From assembly GCA_963823665.1 (NCBI GenBank), contig CAWGMQ010000010.1, positions 1,024,001 to 1,088,000 of the forward strand: a stretch of DNA of 64,000 bases, written 5' to 3'. The translations under genes were made by a program, and so were the position numbers. Shown here piece after piece: positions 17,063-29,200 of the stretch. The notes beneath the pieces were generated by a model. The model was not told the DNA's origin and did not search any database. It saw nothing but the letters and a program-made list of their open reading frames with translations. The DNA comes from an uncultured Planctomycetota bacterium. GTDB lineage: Bacteria; Planctomycetota; Planctomycetia; Isosphaerales; Isosphaeraceae. The first letter of the stretch is position 1; each line of letters starts with the position of its first letter.

Positions 17063-19389
17063 CTAGTGTGCTTGGCCCGGGGCAGCGGTATCTCCGGGGT
17101 GGTAGCGGCGCTCGCTGTGGTCTGCGACATCCGCCTGCGCGTACCAGGATGGCTTGAACTGTTTCTTGGCATACAACTGAGCCTGGTCGAACCAGTGGGG
17201 CGAGGCGGGATCACCCGATTGGCCGAATTGAAGAATCGTCTTCGCTTTGGGCGGGTCTGCGAGCTCGACGGCCGCGACGAACGAGTGACCGGCCACGCCA
17301 TAGCGGCGAGTCTGGCCGGCTTGAGGTAGCGTGTAAAAGTTGAAGACGACGCCAAGTGGCCCCGGTGCGCCGGCGATTGGCAAGCTCGGCTGATCGTCGC
17401 GAAACGCGCCTCTACCGAGCAGATCGATCTGCGATCCGTGGATTCTCTGCAGGCGATTGATCTCGCCCCACGCCACCTTCCAGGTGCCGCGCGTCTTCTC
17501 CAGGTCGGCCAGGGTTGCTTCGAGGGCGCGGACGCGGGGATAGTTCAGCATGTCGCGCTTCGCGGCCATCTTGAGGGCCCGGTCGTACGTTTCGGTGAAG
17601 AGCGTCATCGCGACGGAATCGACCGCGCTGGTGCAGTCCCAATTCTTGAGCAGATCAACCGGCTCCTTGAGCTTGGCGGCGCGGTCCGCGTCAGCAGCTC
17701 GAAGCGTATCCCATTCTTTCACGAGATCGGGGATCCGAAGCTCGGCTTCGAGGATCTTGGTGTCGAATCCGTCTCGAGTCCAGTCGTCGTACGCAAATCT
17801 CGCCTTGGACAGAAGGATGCGCCGCGAGATCCGGGCCCGTGGGTTGTCGCGTTCGCGTTCGGTGGCCAACAAGTACGGGGGAAAGTCGGTCTGCTTGGGG
17901 TTCTCATCCACCAGATCGGCGCGCAATTCCTTGCCCACCGGCGTTGTGGACAGAGGTGACTGATTGCAGTTCTGCAAGAAGCCGCACTTGGGGTTCTCCA
18001 CTTGCGGTAGCTCGTCGAAGCGGTGATAGCCCTGCCAATCCGTTTCCGGGTTCGAGCCGTCGACCGGTTTTGTCCAATCGAACTTCGTCGATCGTCTGGG
18101 CACGGCACCGTTGTAGACGTAGAAGATGTTGCCGAGGGTATCGGCCACGATTGCGTTGAACATCGGCAGGTTGCACGGGCGCATGGCGTCCTTGAATTCG
18201 GCCACGCTCTTGGCCCGTCCCATGGCATAGGCCTGGTCGATTGCTCCACTATCTTCGAGCTTGGCGAGCCTGACAGCGAGCGGCTTGCCGTCGCGGACGG
18301 CGACCAGTGGTCCCTGGTGAGTCTTGGTGAAGCGGAACCGGCGACGTTTGACTCCGTTTCCGTCCTTGACGAGAATCTCGTCCGTCCAGGCGGTGGCCTG
18401 TTTCGTGCCGGTGCCGCAGCGGTACTTGAGACGATCGGCTTTGTCGTCGAACGTCATGCTGTAGAGATCGACGACGTCGGGGTTGTTGACGGTGTGGCTC
18501 CAGGCGATGTGGCCGTTGTATCCGATGGAGGGAAACGGTGAGCCGAAGAAGCAAGCTCCCAGTAGATTCCAGCCCTGGTCGCTCGTGAGGTGCCCCTCGT
18601 ACCACTGCCCCGGTCCGAAGAACGGCTGGTGTGGGTTTATGAACATCAGTGCTTTTCCTGACACCGATTTCTCGGGGCGGACGGCCCACATGTTGGAACC
18701 GACGTGCTCCGACATGCTCTGGCGGTCTGCCTCCATCGCCAGCAACTCGGTGCGCAAGTGCCGGGGAAACTCGACTGCGCCGGCCTGGCCGTCGCGAATC
18801 TCCTCCACGGCCGCGAGGATGTCGGAGGCGCGCCAGGCCCGACTTGCCGTAGATGAAGGACTGATAGAGGATGAAGCGGCGAAAGGCGAGCGGATGCCAC
18901 GGCTCGAAATGCGTGATGAGCCGGGGCTTCTGCTCAGAATGGGTGGCAAGGTAATAGTTCAAGCCCACGGCGGTCGCCTGGCAGATTTCCCGCGTTTTCG
19001 GCGAAGCATTCTTGTACTCTTCCATCGAAAGAGCCGGAATTTCGAGGGCGCGGTTCAAGAGGTCATCGGGCAGCGACTTCTCGCCGTAGACCTCGGCTGC
19101 GCGGCCCAGCGAGCGGAGATAACTGTCTTCGACCTGCCAGAAGTAATCTTCGGCCTGGGCATAAATGAATCCAAAGACGCATGCCGCATCGGTTGGCCCG
19201 TAGACGTGCGGAACGCCGAACGTGTCCCGCTCGATCGTGACACTCTTCGCGATCGCAGCCGCCCGGGCTGCCGCTTCAGGTGCCGCCCGGTCGTCACCTC
19301 GCGCGTAGACAGACGGCTGCCGCGACCAAGCCCGAGCCGGCCAGGAGGGCGAGAATAAAAGCCGGGAGCGACCTCAAAGAAGAATTCAT
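17063..19389 (-). CDS. Penicillin acylase / Ntn-hydrolase family protein (frameshifted near 18830 and 19295)
   Basis: Signal peptide MNSSLRSLPAFILALLAGSGLVAAA. Beta-subunit nucleophile GSNMWAV; INPHQPF; GFLQNCNQ; GQSGDPASPHWFDQ. Confidence 0.9.
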
Positions 19390-19594
19390 GCGTTTCACCG
19401 ATGAAGCCTGTTTTGGAGAGACCATGGCGGGCCCGACACAGGCCGGTCGCCAATCGCTTGCACTATAGCTTTCCAACAGGAGTATTGCCACCTGGTCTCG
19501 ACGACGATGCAGGACGACCCTATTCCCTTACAGTTGTCAGGGATGTATACTGATGTCCGTGGCAGCCACGGTAATGACGCCGAAGGGCTTGACG

Positions 19595-20923
19595 ATGCGA
19601 AGCGACACGACGATTGGACCGCAAAACGAGAACGGGACGCGGCGAGGATTCATCGGCGCTCTCGCCGCGGGGAGCGCACTGGCCACGTTCCGGAGCGACG
19701 CCGTCGCGCGATGCATGGGCGCCGGCCGCGATGCCGCGGGCGAGGCGGCGGGGGACCTGGCCGCCAACGAAGACTACTGGAGGGAGATCCAGCGCTGTTT
19801 CGACGCCGAGCGGACGGTCATCAATTTGAACAACGGCGGTGTGAGCCCGGCACCCTCACACGTGCTGGAGCAGATGATCCGCGACTTGCGGTTCTGCAAC
19901 GAGCTGCCGGCGCACCACATGTGGCAGGTGCTCGAGCCGCGGATCGAGACGGTGCGCCGGGAGCTGGCCCGTCAGTTCGGCTGCGATGCCGAAGAGCTGG
20001 CGATCACGCGGAATGCCTCTGAGGGGATGGAAACCTTGATCCTGGGCATCGAGCTCAAGCGGGGCGACGAGGTGATCGTCACCGACCAGAACTATCCGCG
20101 GATGCTCACGGCCTGGGATCAGCGGGCCCGCCGTGACGGAATCGTCGTGAAGCGGATCTCGTTCCCCGTGCCGCTCGCCTCGCCGGAAGCTTTCGTGGAA
20201 CGGATCGGTCGAGCGATCACGCCCGCCACCCGTGCGATCGAGTTTCCCCACATCACGAACACGACCGGCCAGATCCTGCCGGTGCGCGACGTGGTGCGGA
20301 TGGCCCGCGCGCGTGGAATTCCCGTGTTCGTTGACGGGGCACACGCGTTCGCCCATTTCCCGTTCACTCGCGACGGGCTCGATTGCGACTTCTTCGCGAC
20401 CAGTCTGCACAAATGGCTGCTGGCCCCCATTGGCACTGGCTTTCTCTACGTGCGCAAGGGTCGCCAGAAGTCGATCTGGCCGCTCATGGCCGCGCCGGCA
20501 GACATGGATGAGAACATCCGAAAATTTGAAGAAATCGGGACGCATCCCGCGGCGAACCACAATGCAATTGCCGCGGCACTGGCCTTCCACCAGAGCATCG
20601 GCAACGAGCGAAAAGCCACGCGGCTGCGGCAGCTTCGCGACCGCTGGGCCAGACCGCTCAAGCAAACGAGCAACCGAGTCACTGTGTGGACGCGACTCGA
20701 CGATGACCACGCATCGTGCGGCATTGGCCTGGTCGGGATCGAGGGCATCGATTCGTCGAAGCTGAGCGAACATCTATTTGCCGAGCACAAGATCCTGACC
20801 GTCGCGATCAAGCACGAGGATTTTGCCGGGATCAGGGTAACGCCGAACGTTTACACGACTCTGAACGAGATCGACGCGTTCACTGATGTCATGCGACGCG
20901 TCATTGCCCGGGGGATCTCGTGA
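19595..20923 (+). CDS. Class V PLP-dependent aminotransferase (cysteine desulfurase / isopenicillin-N epimerase-like) with Tat signal
   Basis: TRRGFIG Tat motif; INLNNGG; TRNASEG; VDGAH; TSLHKWLLAPIGTG (PLP lysine). Confidence 0.9.
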   Translation: MRSDTTIGPQNENGTRRGFIGALAAGSALATFRSDAVARCMGAGRDAAGEAAGDLAANEDYWREIQRCFDAERTVINLNNGGVSPAPSHVLEQMIRDLRFCNELPAHHMWQVLEPRIETVRRELARQFGCDAEELAITRNASEGMETLILGIELKRGDEVIVTDQNYPRMLTAWDQRARRDGIVVKRISFPVPLASPEAFVERIGRAITPATRAIEFPHITNTTGQILPVRDVVRMARARGIPVFVDGAHAFAHFPFTRDGLDCDFFATSLHKWLLAPIGTGFLYVRKGRQKSIWPLMAAPADMDENIRKFEEIGTHPAANHNAIAAALAFHQSIGNERKATRLRQLRDRWARPLKQTSNRVTVWTRLDDDHASCGIGLVGIEGIDSSKLSEHLFAEHKILTVAIKHEDFAGIRVTPNVYTTLNEIDAFTDVMRRVIARGIS

Positions 20924-20938
20924 CGGTAACTTGACGGC

Positions 20939-21970
20939 TCACGGTTTTTGACTTGACCCGAGCCGGCCGGGCAACCGATTCTTCGGAACGCACACGGCCA
21001 TCGACCCCGCCACGGTGACGACGTCGAACCGGGCCTGGTAGCCGATCAACAGGTGAGCGGCCCAGGGTTCCATTCCGTAGTCCTTGACGAGCCAGGCGAC
21101 CATGTCGCTCGTGGCCATCTTGAGGCCGTTGTCGAGGGCGCTTGCGAACTCGGGCTGCGAGCCGATGCTGATGATCTCGCCGGCTGTCTCGACCCGCGGG
21201 CCGGTGAGTTTCGCCCCCTTTTTCAGATCGACGACGAACTCCACGTCCATCGACGTTTCGATTCCCGTTCCCGTCGGCTCTCCATCGGCCTGGAGGGCGT
21301 GGCCGTCGCCCACGAACAGCAGGCCCCCTGAATGGTAAACCGGCAGGTACACCGTCGCTCCCTCGCCGATCTTGTTGTAATCGAGGTTCCCGCCGTAAGC
21401 GCCTGAGGGTCCGGAAGTGGGCGCGAAATCGCCCGCCGGCGCGACGCCGATGCACCCGAGCATCGGCCTCGCGGGAAACTCCAGCGTGTGAACCTGGCTC
21501 TTGGGTGTCCGGAGCCGGACGGTGTTGGCCTTGCGGTCGATGTCCCAGGGAACGATTGTCGCTCGGCCCTTGATCACGAGGTCGGGATGGACGTCATTTG
21601 GGTAGACGTGCTCGACCATTTCGGGTGTCAATGCGAAGAGACCGAGCCTGTATGCGGACCATCCCCAGTCGCGATTCAGCCGCACCTTGTTCAGGCGAAC
21701 GACGATCGCGTCTCCCGGTTCGGCGCCATCGATGAAGAACGGCCCGGTGAGAGGGTTGAAGGGCTCGGAGCGTTTCACGTCCTTCTCGTCGAGCCCGGCC
21801 GAGTCGAGCGTCTTCGTCGCCACGATGTCGCCGGGCTTGATCCGTTTCAAGACCGGGTGTGAATGGGAGAACGTACGATGATACGTCGTTGCGATGATGC
21901 TCGCCGGCTCGTCGGTCTTGGCCTCTATGCCGAACGCGAGGAGCGAGATGGCTAACGTGACTCGAATCAT
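20939..21970 (-). CDS. Acetamidase/formamidase family protein with signal peptide
   Basis: NPLTGPFFIDGAEPGD; PMLGCIGVAP; GGNLD; GDGHALQADGE...GIETS. Confidence 0.9.
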   Translation of the reverse strand: MIRVTLAISLLAFGIEAKTDEPASIIATTYHRTFSHSHPVLKRIKPGDIVATKTLDSAGLDEKDVKRSEPFNPLTGPFFIDGAEPGDAIVVRLNKVRLNRDWGWSAYRLGLFALTPEMVEHVYPNDVHPDLVIKGRATIVPWDIDRKANTVRLRTPKSQVHTLEFPARPMLGCIGVAPAGDFAPTSGPSGAYGGNLDYNKIGEGATVYLPVYHSGGLLFVGDGHALQADGEPTGTGIETSMDVEFVVDLKKGAKLTGPRVETAGEIISIGSQPEFASALDNGLKMATSDMVAWLVKDYGMEPWAAHLLIGYQARFDVVTVAGSMAVCVPKNRLPGRLGSSQKP

Positions 21971-22190
21971 GCGGAGGGTCCTGAGTGGTGAGAAACGCCG
22001 GAGGAGAAAATGACAAATCGGGGTGGGACTAGCGTAACGTGCGATACTCTTATGAGCGAGAGGGTCATGATCTCGCGCATGGCTGTTTGACTCTTCCTGA
22101 AGGGCATTTGTCGAACTACAATATTGCCTCTGGCCGAGCGTCGGAAGCGTATCGGCATTGAATCGCCAATAAGGGAGGCGGATCAAATTC

Positions 22191-22817
22191 ATGCCGGATG
22201 ACGGTGGGGGCTCGATCACGGGATGGATCGCGGGCGTGAAGTCCGGCGACCTGGGCGCTGCGCAGCCGCTCTGGGAGCGTTATTTCGCGCGGATGGTGGA
22301 ACTGGCGAGAGCGCGGCTGCGCGACACCGGACGAAGGGGCCGCGACGCCGCGAGCGACGAGGAGGACGCCGCCTTGAGCGCCTTCGACAGCCTGTGTGCG
22401 GGGCTGGCCCGCGGAAAGTTCCCGCAACTGGCCGATCGGGACGACCTGTGGCGGCTCCTGGTGGTCATCACCACGAGGAAGGTGAGCGCTTCTGCCCGGC
22501 GCCAGCTCCGGCAGAAACGTGGCGGGGGCCAGGTGCACGCAGCGAGCGACCTCGCGGCCGGCGATTCTGAAGACGACATCCTCGCCCGCGCCGTCGGCTT
22601 GGAGCCGACGCCCGAATTCGCCGCGATGGTCGCCGAAGAATATCGCAAACTACTCGACCGCCTGGGCGACGACGTTCTCCGCAAAGTCGCGATTCTGCGG
22701 ATGGAAGGCTACACGACCGACGCGATCGCCGAACAGCTCGGCTGCGCCCGTCGCACGATCGCGCGGCAACTGGCGCTGATCCGGAGAATCCTGGCCGCGG
22801 ATTTCGATCCGGCCTGA
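22191..22817 (+). CDS. ECF-type RNA polymerase sigma factor (kinase-associated planctomycete type)
   Basis: GSITGWI...AAQPLWERYF...DEEDAALSAF...DLWRLL...EPTPEFAAMVAEE...MEGYTTDAIAEQLGC. RBS GGAGG. Confidence 0.9.
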   Translation: MPDDGGGSITGWIAGVKSGDLGAAQPLWERYFARMVELARARLRDTGRRGRDAASDEEDAALSAFDSLCAGLARGKFPQLADRDDLWRLLVVITTRKVSASARRQLRQKRGGGQVHAASDLAAGDSEDDILARAVGLEPTPEFAAMVAEEYRKLLDRLGDDVLRKVAILRMEGYTTDAIAEQLGCARRTIARQLALIRRILAADFDPA

Positions 22818-22939
22818 TCGTGTGGCGCATGCCCAGCTTCTTTCTCGCGGCTCAGGATGCGACAATGGCTCGGCTTGTCCCTCACGGGGGTCGGGCCGAC
22901 ACTCCTGTCGGCCGTGAAGCCGGCGTCAAGGATCAGGCG

Positions 22940-25021
22940 ATGGATCAAGTAATCTTGCCCAAGACCCAGTTCGACATCCTCCGCGACCGGATGATGGCCG
23001 GCTCGCTCACGGCGCCGTCGCCCGGCTCGCAGGTCGAGCTGGCTGGCGGCGAGACGGTTACCGACCAGCGTGTCGTCCGCTACAGGCTGGTCGACCGCCT
23101 GGCCGAGACGCTCGATTCTCTGGCTGTAGACGAGCGCGAAGCGGTCGAAGCCCAGTTCCTCGGCAAGGCTGCTGGAGATGAGACGACCGAGCGGACCGTT
23201 TCCGCATTTACGAACGCCGCGCTCGTCCGCCGCGGGATCGAGACGCTCCGTCAGCGGCTTCTCGGTCTGCCGGAGCCTGGGGGTGCTACGAATGCCGATT
23301 CGCAGGGAAACCATGACGGTCGGATCGACCAGGTCGTGGCTGCTTACCTCGAATCGCTCGTCACGAGCCGTCCTCTCGATCGCGCAGAGTTGCTCTCGAC
23401 TCATCCGGACCTGGCCGCCGAGCTTTCACGATTCTTCGCGGGCTACGACGTAGCCTACCTGTGGTTCGGCCCGCTCGCCGAGACAGCTCTCGCCCCTTGC
23501 GCTGCCCAAACGGTCGTCACCGATCAGCGCGGCGGCGAACGCCTGTCGCTCGCCACGAAAGTGAGGATTGGCCGTTACGAGCTCCAGGACGTGCTGGGAG
23601 GAGGTGGTCAGGGCGTCGTGTACAAGGCGCTTCAACGCGGGGCCGTCGAACAGACGGTGGCCGTGAAGACGTTGCGGGCCGAAGGACTGGCGGCGGAAGG
23701 GGACGTCGCCAAGTTTGTGCGGGAAATGCGGATGATGACGGAGCTGGACCACCCCGGGCTGGTGTCGATCCTCGATTCCGGGATCGAGGACGGTCGGCCT
23801 TTTCTGGCGATGCCGCTGATCGTCGGAGGTAGCTTGACGAGCCGCCTCAAGGAGGGAGGCCTCCCGGACCCGGCGACGGCCGCTCGCTGGATGGCCGACA
23901 TCGCCCGGGCAGTCCAGTACCTGCATGACAAAAACATGGTTCACCGCGATCTGAAGCCCTCGAATATTCTGTTCGATGCGCAAGGCCAGCCTCGCGTCGC
24001 CGATTTCGGTCTGGTGCGCCTGGTGGAGCAGGCGGGGGGCACGGCCCAGGCCTCTTCGGTCGTCGTCGAAGGCACTGCATCCTACATGGCTCCCGAGCAG
24101 GCGTCCGGGCGGATCAAGGCCGTGGGGAGGTGGACCGACGTCTATGGGATGGGTGCGATCCTCTACGAGATCTTGACCAGTCGCCCGCCGTTTCGATCGG
24201 ACTCGTTCATGAAGACCCTTGCACGGGTGCTTGAGGACGAGCCGGAATCCCCACGCCGTCTTCGGCATGAAGTGCCCGTTGAGCTCGAGGCGATCTGTCT
24301 GAAGTGTCTGGCGAAGAATCCTGCCGATCGGTACGAGTCGGCCGGCAAGCTGGCCGACGAGCTCGACCGCTTCCGCCACGGGCTTCCCCTGGAGCTGACC
24401 CATCCGCCCGGATTTCTCGCCCGCACGGGACGGTGGGCACGGCGCGAGCCGGGCCTCGCCACCCGACTCACCGTTGTCATCGGCTGCACAATCGTGATTG
24501 CGGCGAACTGGCTCTCAGCCAAGGCGGGACTCTACACGCCGCGAACTCTTGGTTGGTCGATCGGACCGATTTCCGGCGGCCCGGATTCTCTGCGCTGGGT
24601 GAACCTGGCGCTCTTGCTCGGCTGGGGGCTGGCCGCGGCCGGCTTCCAGGCCGCCTTGCGGCGGACGAAGCAAGTCGAGGGCGTTGTCCGCGCCTGGCTG
24701 GGCACCGACGTCTTGCTCGCGACCCTCCTGCTGATCATCGACGGTCAGCCGATGACCCCGCTCACCGCGGTCTATCCCGTTCTGATTGCCGCGTCGGGGC
24801 TCTGGTCCCGAGCGCGCGTCGTGGTTTTCACCACTGCACTGGCCATGCTCGGCTACATGATCTTGATCGCCGAAGGCTGGGCGAGTGGCAAGCCGATCGG
24901 CCCTCGCTACGGTCACCTGGATTTCCTCGCCGGCCTCGCGCTCATGGGTTTCATCTCGGCCTACCAGTCACGCCGCCTCCGCGCCCTCGGAAGGCTGATC
25001 GAAGAGGGGACCGAGGCATGA
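22940..25021 (+). CDS. Membrane-anchored Hanks-type Ser/Thr protein kinase with an N-terminal sigma-region-4-like segment
   Basis: LGGGGQGVVY, VAVK, HRDLKPSN, DFG, GTASYMAPEQ, then C-terminal TM helices. The start is uncertain (22820-22940). Confidence 0.9.
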   Translation: MDQVILPKTQFDILRDRMMAGSLTAPSPGSQVELAGGETVTDQRVVRYRLVDRLAETLDSLAVDEREAVEAQFLGKAAGDETTERTVSAFTNAALVRRGIETLRQRLLGLPEPGGATNADSQGNHDGRIDQVVAAYLESLVTSRPLDRAELLSTHPDLAAELSRFFAGYDVAYLWFGPLAETALAPCAAQTVVTDQRGGERLSLATKVRIGRYELQDVLGGGGQGVVYKALQRGAVEQTVAVKTLRAEGLAAEGDVAKFVREMRMMTELDHPGLVSILDSGIEDGRPFLAMPLIVGGSLTSRLKEGGLPDPATAARWMADIARAVQYLHDKNMVHRDLKPSNILFDAQGQPRVADFGLVRLVEQAGGTAQASSVVVEGTASYMAPEQASGRIKAVGRWTDVYGMGAILYEILTSRPPFRSDSFMKTLARVLEDEPESPRRLRHEVPVELEAICLKCLAKNPADRYESAGKLADELDRFRHGLPLELTHPPGFLARTGRWARREPGLATRLTVVIGCTIVIAANWLSAKAGLYTPRTLGWSIGPISGGPDSLRWVNLALLLGWGLAAAGFQAALRRTKQVEGVVRAWLGTDVLLATLLLIIDGQPMTPLTAVYPVLIAASGLWSRARVVVFTTALAMLGYMILIAEGWASGKPIGPRYGHLDFLAGLALMGFISAYQSRRLRALGRLIEEGTEA

Positions 25022-25069
25022 ATCGTGTTGCTGGTCGACCGCTCCGTGCCGGCGATGTCTGAGTGCGAT

Positions 25070-26185
25070 TCATTGGCGATTGAGCGATTGATAGATCGCC
25101 GTGGAAATCGTTCCGAGCTCCGCCGGGCTGGTGTTGCACATGACGACGACCCCGTGTCCTGCGCGGATAGATGACCAGTCGGGTGGCAACACCGGGCTGC
25201 GCCCCGCCGTGCGACACCTTCAGACCGTCCTTCAGGTCGATAAAGAACCCCAGGCCGCAGTCTGTCTTCTTGTGGTCGGACGTCTCCTGCGGCTGCCACA
25301 TTCGTTCTTCCATTTTTTCGGAGACGACGCGGTGATTGATCAAGCCCGCGGCCCAGGCGCGAAGTCGACAACGTTGGACTTGAAACCGCCCGCGCCATAC
25401 TTCCAGTACTCCGCCTCCGGCCGCGCACGCACGACGTCACCCTCCTTGTTCTTGACGTACCGAACGGTCCAATGATCGTGTTGTCCAGATGGGACGTCGA
25501 GCTGGAGCGACGTCATTTTCAATGGCTTCGCGATCCTCTCCTGGACCTGACTGACAAATCCATCCCGGCCCGCCCGCTCCACGACCGCACTCAGAAGGAT
25601 GTATGCATAGGATGAGTACGAGTACTTTTCTCCCGGATTGAACAAAAGCGGCGACCGGTTGAATTGATCGAGCGCGAGCACCACGTCCGACAATGGCTTG
25701 CCGGAGGGATGCTGCCGCACGGTTGTCGGGATGATTTTTCCATTGCTGTAGTGCGGAATGCCACTCTGATGACAGAGCAAATCACGAGACGTGATGACCA
25801 CGCCTTTGCCGGGAAATTCGGGCACATAGTCGCGAATGTCCCGATTCAAATCCAGGGTGCCCTTCTCCACAAGCTGCATCGCCGCGACGGCCGTCAGCGG
25901 TTTCGAGTTGGACGCCCAGTTAAACACGGTTTTATCGCTGGCGGCCACACCGCGCTCCCGGTCGGCAAAGCCGTACCCTTTGGTGTAGACGATTCGACCG
26001 TGTTGAATGATGCCGATCGCCACGCCGACGAGATTCTGCCTCCCCATCTCTGCCGCGACGGCCTTGTCGACGGCCAGCGCTTTCTCTGTGGCGAGCAGCT
26101 CAGGCTCTTGTGCGAAACAGGGTGACGCCAGGAACGTGACAATCAGGCACGCCGTCGAAAGCCGGCGCCAAATTGGAAATGTCAT
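25070..26185 (-). CDS. Serine hydrolase, beta-lactamase-related (class C-like); frameshifted near 25355 and 25160
   Basis: Signal peptide; SxxK motif ASNSKP; LLCHQSGI; YSYSSYAY. HGGAQPG lies in the downstream frame. Confidence 0.85.
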
Positions 26186-26205
26186 CGGCAAGTCCTCCAA
26201 GAGAC

Positions 26206-29200
26206 TCAATCGGGAAACAATCCGAGCTGCTGTTCATACAGGCTGCTCGTGGCCTGGACCGGGGCGCCGCGGCCGGGGTAACCGGGATCCACCAGGATGC
26301 GGATTTCCACTTCGCGCCAGAAATCGCGCCAGGCCTTGCACTCGTCGGCGGGCAGGGCCGCCAGCTCCTTGGGATCGCAGACGCCGGCCACGTCCTTGTT
26401 TTCGATCCAGCGCCTGTAATACTTGGCGGCACGGCGGCGGGTTTCGCGGCGGTCCGGTGCGAACCGGCGGTACCAGTCGTCGAGGTCGGTGCGGAGCCAG
26501 ACGAGCGCCAAGCCGCGCAGGCGGGCGCGCTCGGCCGGGCCAGGCGAGGGGACGTCGCGGGACCGGCCGGTGCCGGCGATCGCGGCGGCGCGCGCCGCGT
26601 CCATCACGTGGGACTCGCCCTGCACGTGAGGAAGGTGTGGGTCGGCCGCCAGGGCTTCAACGTAAAGGCGGACGGCCCCGGCACCCCAGCCGTAGCGGTG
26701 GCAAAGCCTGATGAACTGCCGGCGCTCGAGATTATCCCGGGCAGACGCCTCTCCGTTGAGCACTGATTGAAGACGCACGATTTCCTCGGCTTGCTCCAAT
26801 GCTCCCTGCATGTCGGCGGCCTCGGGCGAGCCGCTTTTGGCACGGGCAGCCGCCTCGCCGAGGGCGCGGACGGCGCCTGCACCGTCGCCCTGGCGGATCT
26901 GAAGAAGTCCAGCGGCGTACCATTCGAGTGCGTCATTCGGATGCTCCGGATGGACGACATGAGGCAGAGCTTCTGCCAGTGCGATGCGAATCTTCGCAGC
27001 GTGGCGGGGCATGAGCTGGATTGCGGCCTGGTATTCCGGGATCGCCTGCTCCCATCGGCCTCTGGCCGCATGGAGATGACCCAGTGTGAAATGGGCATAG
27101 CCGTGGTTGGGCGCGATTCGCACGGCTTCTCGCAGCTCGGTCTCGGCCTCGGCGTGCTCGCCGAGGATCTCCAGAAGCTCGCCGCGCCGCAGCCTGGCCG
27201 TCGCTGAGTTGGGCCGCAGCGCGACGGCCGTCGTCACGAAGGTGATGGCCCGTTGCGGCCGATAGGGGCGCAAGCTCAGGAAGAGTGAGAGATCGAGATT
27301 GATCCAGTAGTCGTCGGGATGGGCGCGGCGGGCCCTTGCCATTGCATCAACGGCGCGCTCGGTCTGGTCATCCCAGACAAGCAGGCGGCCCAGCAGCCAG
27401 AGGCTTGGAGGCGGACGGCTCTCCAGGTCGTCCGAGTCGGCCAGGCGAGCCAGGGCGTCACTGTCCTTGGCCGCGAGGCTGTTTCGCAGCGCGATGCGCC
27501 ACGGGTCGGGATCGGCAGCCCGCGCGACACGCAGAGGAACCTGCCAGGCACCGGCGGGTCGGATACCGTCGCCTTCAAGGTCGCGCAGGACGATGGCCCA
27601 GCAGTCGAGCGCGGCAATCACCTGGAGCGTGACCTCGGCGGGCCAGGACGCGATCGTGCCTGCGACGTCGGCCGGCGCGGCGTCTTCGAGGCGCAGCTCA
27701 GCCTCCTGGAACGATTCCTCGAAGAGCGTGTCGGCTCGAGCCAGGTCATGATCGTCCGCTCGGTCGCATGCGATCTCGAGCCGATCGAGCAACCCGCGGA
27801 TCCGCTGGGCCCGGGCCAGCCCGTACTCGATCTGGCCGCGCGTTGCGGCCAGCCGTTCATGGATCGATTCCGGCGCATCGGCCAGCAGCAGGCTGGCGCG
27901 GCGGAGCGTGTCTCCGGCAGTGACCCAGCGAGCAGGGTCGCAGGATGGATCGACCTCCGCCGCGTCGCGGAGCATCTCCACCTCTCGGAGCACGAGCGCC
28001 GCGCCGGTCTCTCGTGCGTGCCGCCGCTGTAGCCAGCCGGCGTATGTGCTCGCACCCAGCACAGCCAGCAGGATGCACAGCACCGCAAGGATCGCGGTGA
28101 GCCGGCCACGCTTGCGCTCTTCGACGGCGCGTGCTTGGGCTTCGATGCGGGCGAGCTCGGCCGCGCGGAGCCGGGTTTCGACTTCGCCCAGGTAGCTCGA
28201 CAGCCGCGCCGCCACGATGCCGGCGCAGCGAGGACGGCCATTGCGGTCGGTTGCCAGGCAGTCGCGGACCAGGTCGATAAGGTCGGTGTCCGCGCCGCAC
28301 GTCTCCAGGGCCAGCAGTGCCGGCGCGAGCTCGCCGCGCGCAGCCTGGTGTCGGATCTCGTCCGGCGAGGAGCCCTCGTAGACTGGCCGTCCGGTCAGGA
28401 TCTCGCTCAATACCGCTCCGAGGGCGAAGACGTCCGCCCGTTCATCGACGGATCCTTCCTCGGCCTCAAACTGCTCGGGAGCCATGTAGGCGGGAGTGCC
28501 CATGACCAGGCGTTCGCGCATCCGCACCCCGGAATCAGGCAGAACGCGGCTGCTCGATCGACGGCTCCCGGCTGCATCGGCATCCGCGTCGTCCCGGCGG
28601 GTCGAAACCTTGGCCAGACCCCAGTCCATCACCATGACTTCGCCGTGCCGCCCCACCATGATGTTGGACGGCTTCAAGTCGCGGTGGATCACGCTCCGCT
28701 CGTGCGCGTATCCGATTGCGTCGGCAACGCGCAGGAAGATTCTCAGGAGTTGAGCGCGGTCCGCCGCCTGGGCCGATCGGTCGGCAAGGATCTCGGCCAA
28801 GGTACTGCCCCTGACCAGCTTCATGGTGAAGAACGGCCGGCGATCGGCGAGGATGCCGAGCTCGTGGACGGGAACGACTCCAGGGTGCTGAAGCTGCCCG
28901 GCGATCCGCGCTTCGGCCACGAAGCGATCGATCATGTTGGGGTGATCGCGATGTTTGTCGTGCAGCACCTTGATGGCGATGTCCCGGCCGAGCTCCGTGT
29001 CATGGCCCAGCAGCACGATGCCCATCCCGCCGCGAGCGATCTCGCCGAGGATGAACAAGCGGCGCCCCGGTTCCGCGAGCTTGGCACCCTGCAAACTCCA
29101 CTTGTCTCCGGCGTACGCGGCGATGTCGCCGATCTCGATCGCGGTGACGTCGGTACGAAGCCGCTCGCCTACGACGCCGTTCGGCTCCGCTCGATCTGCG

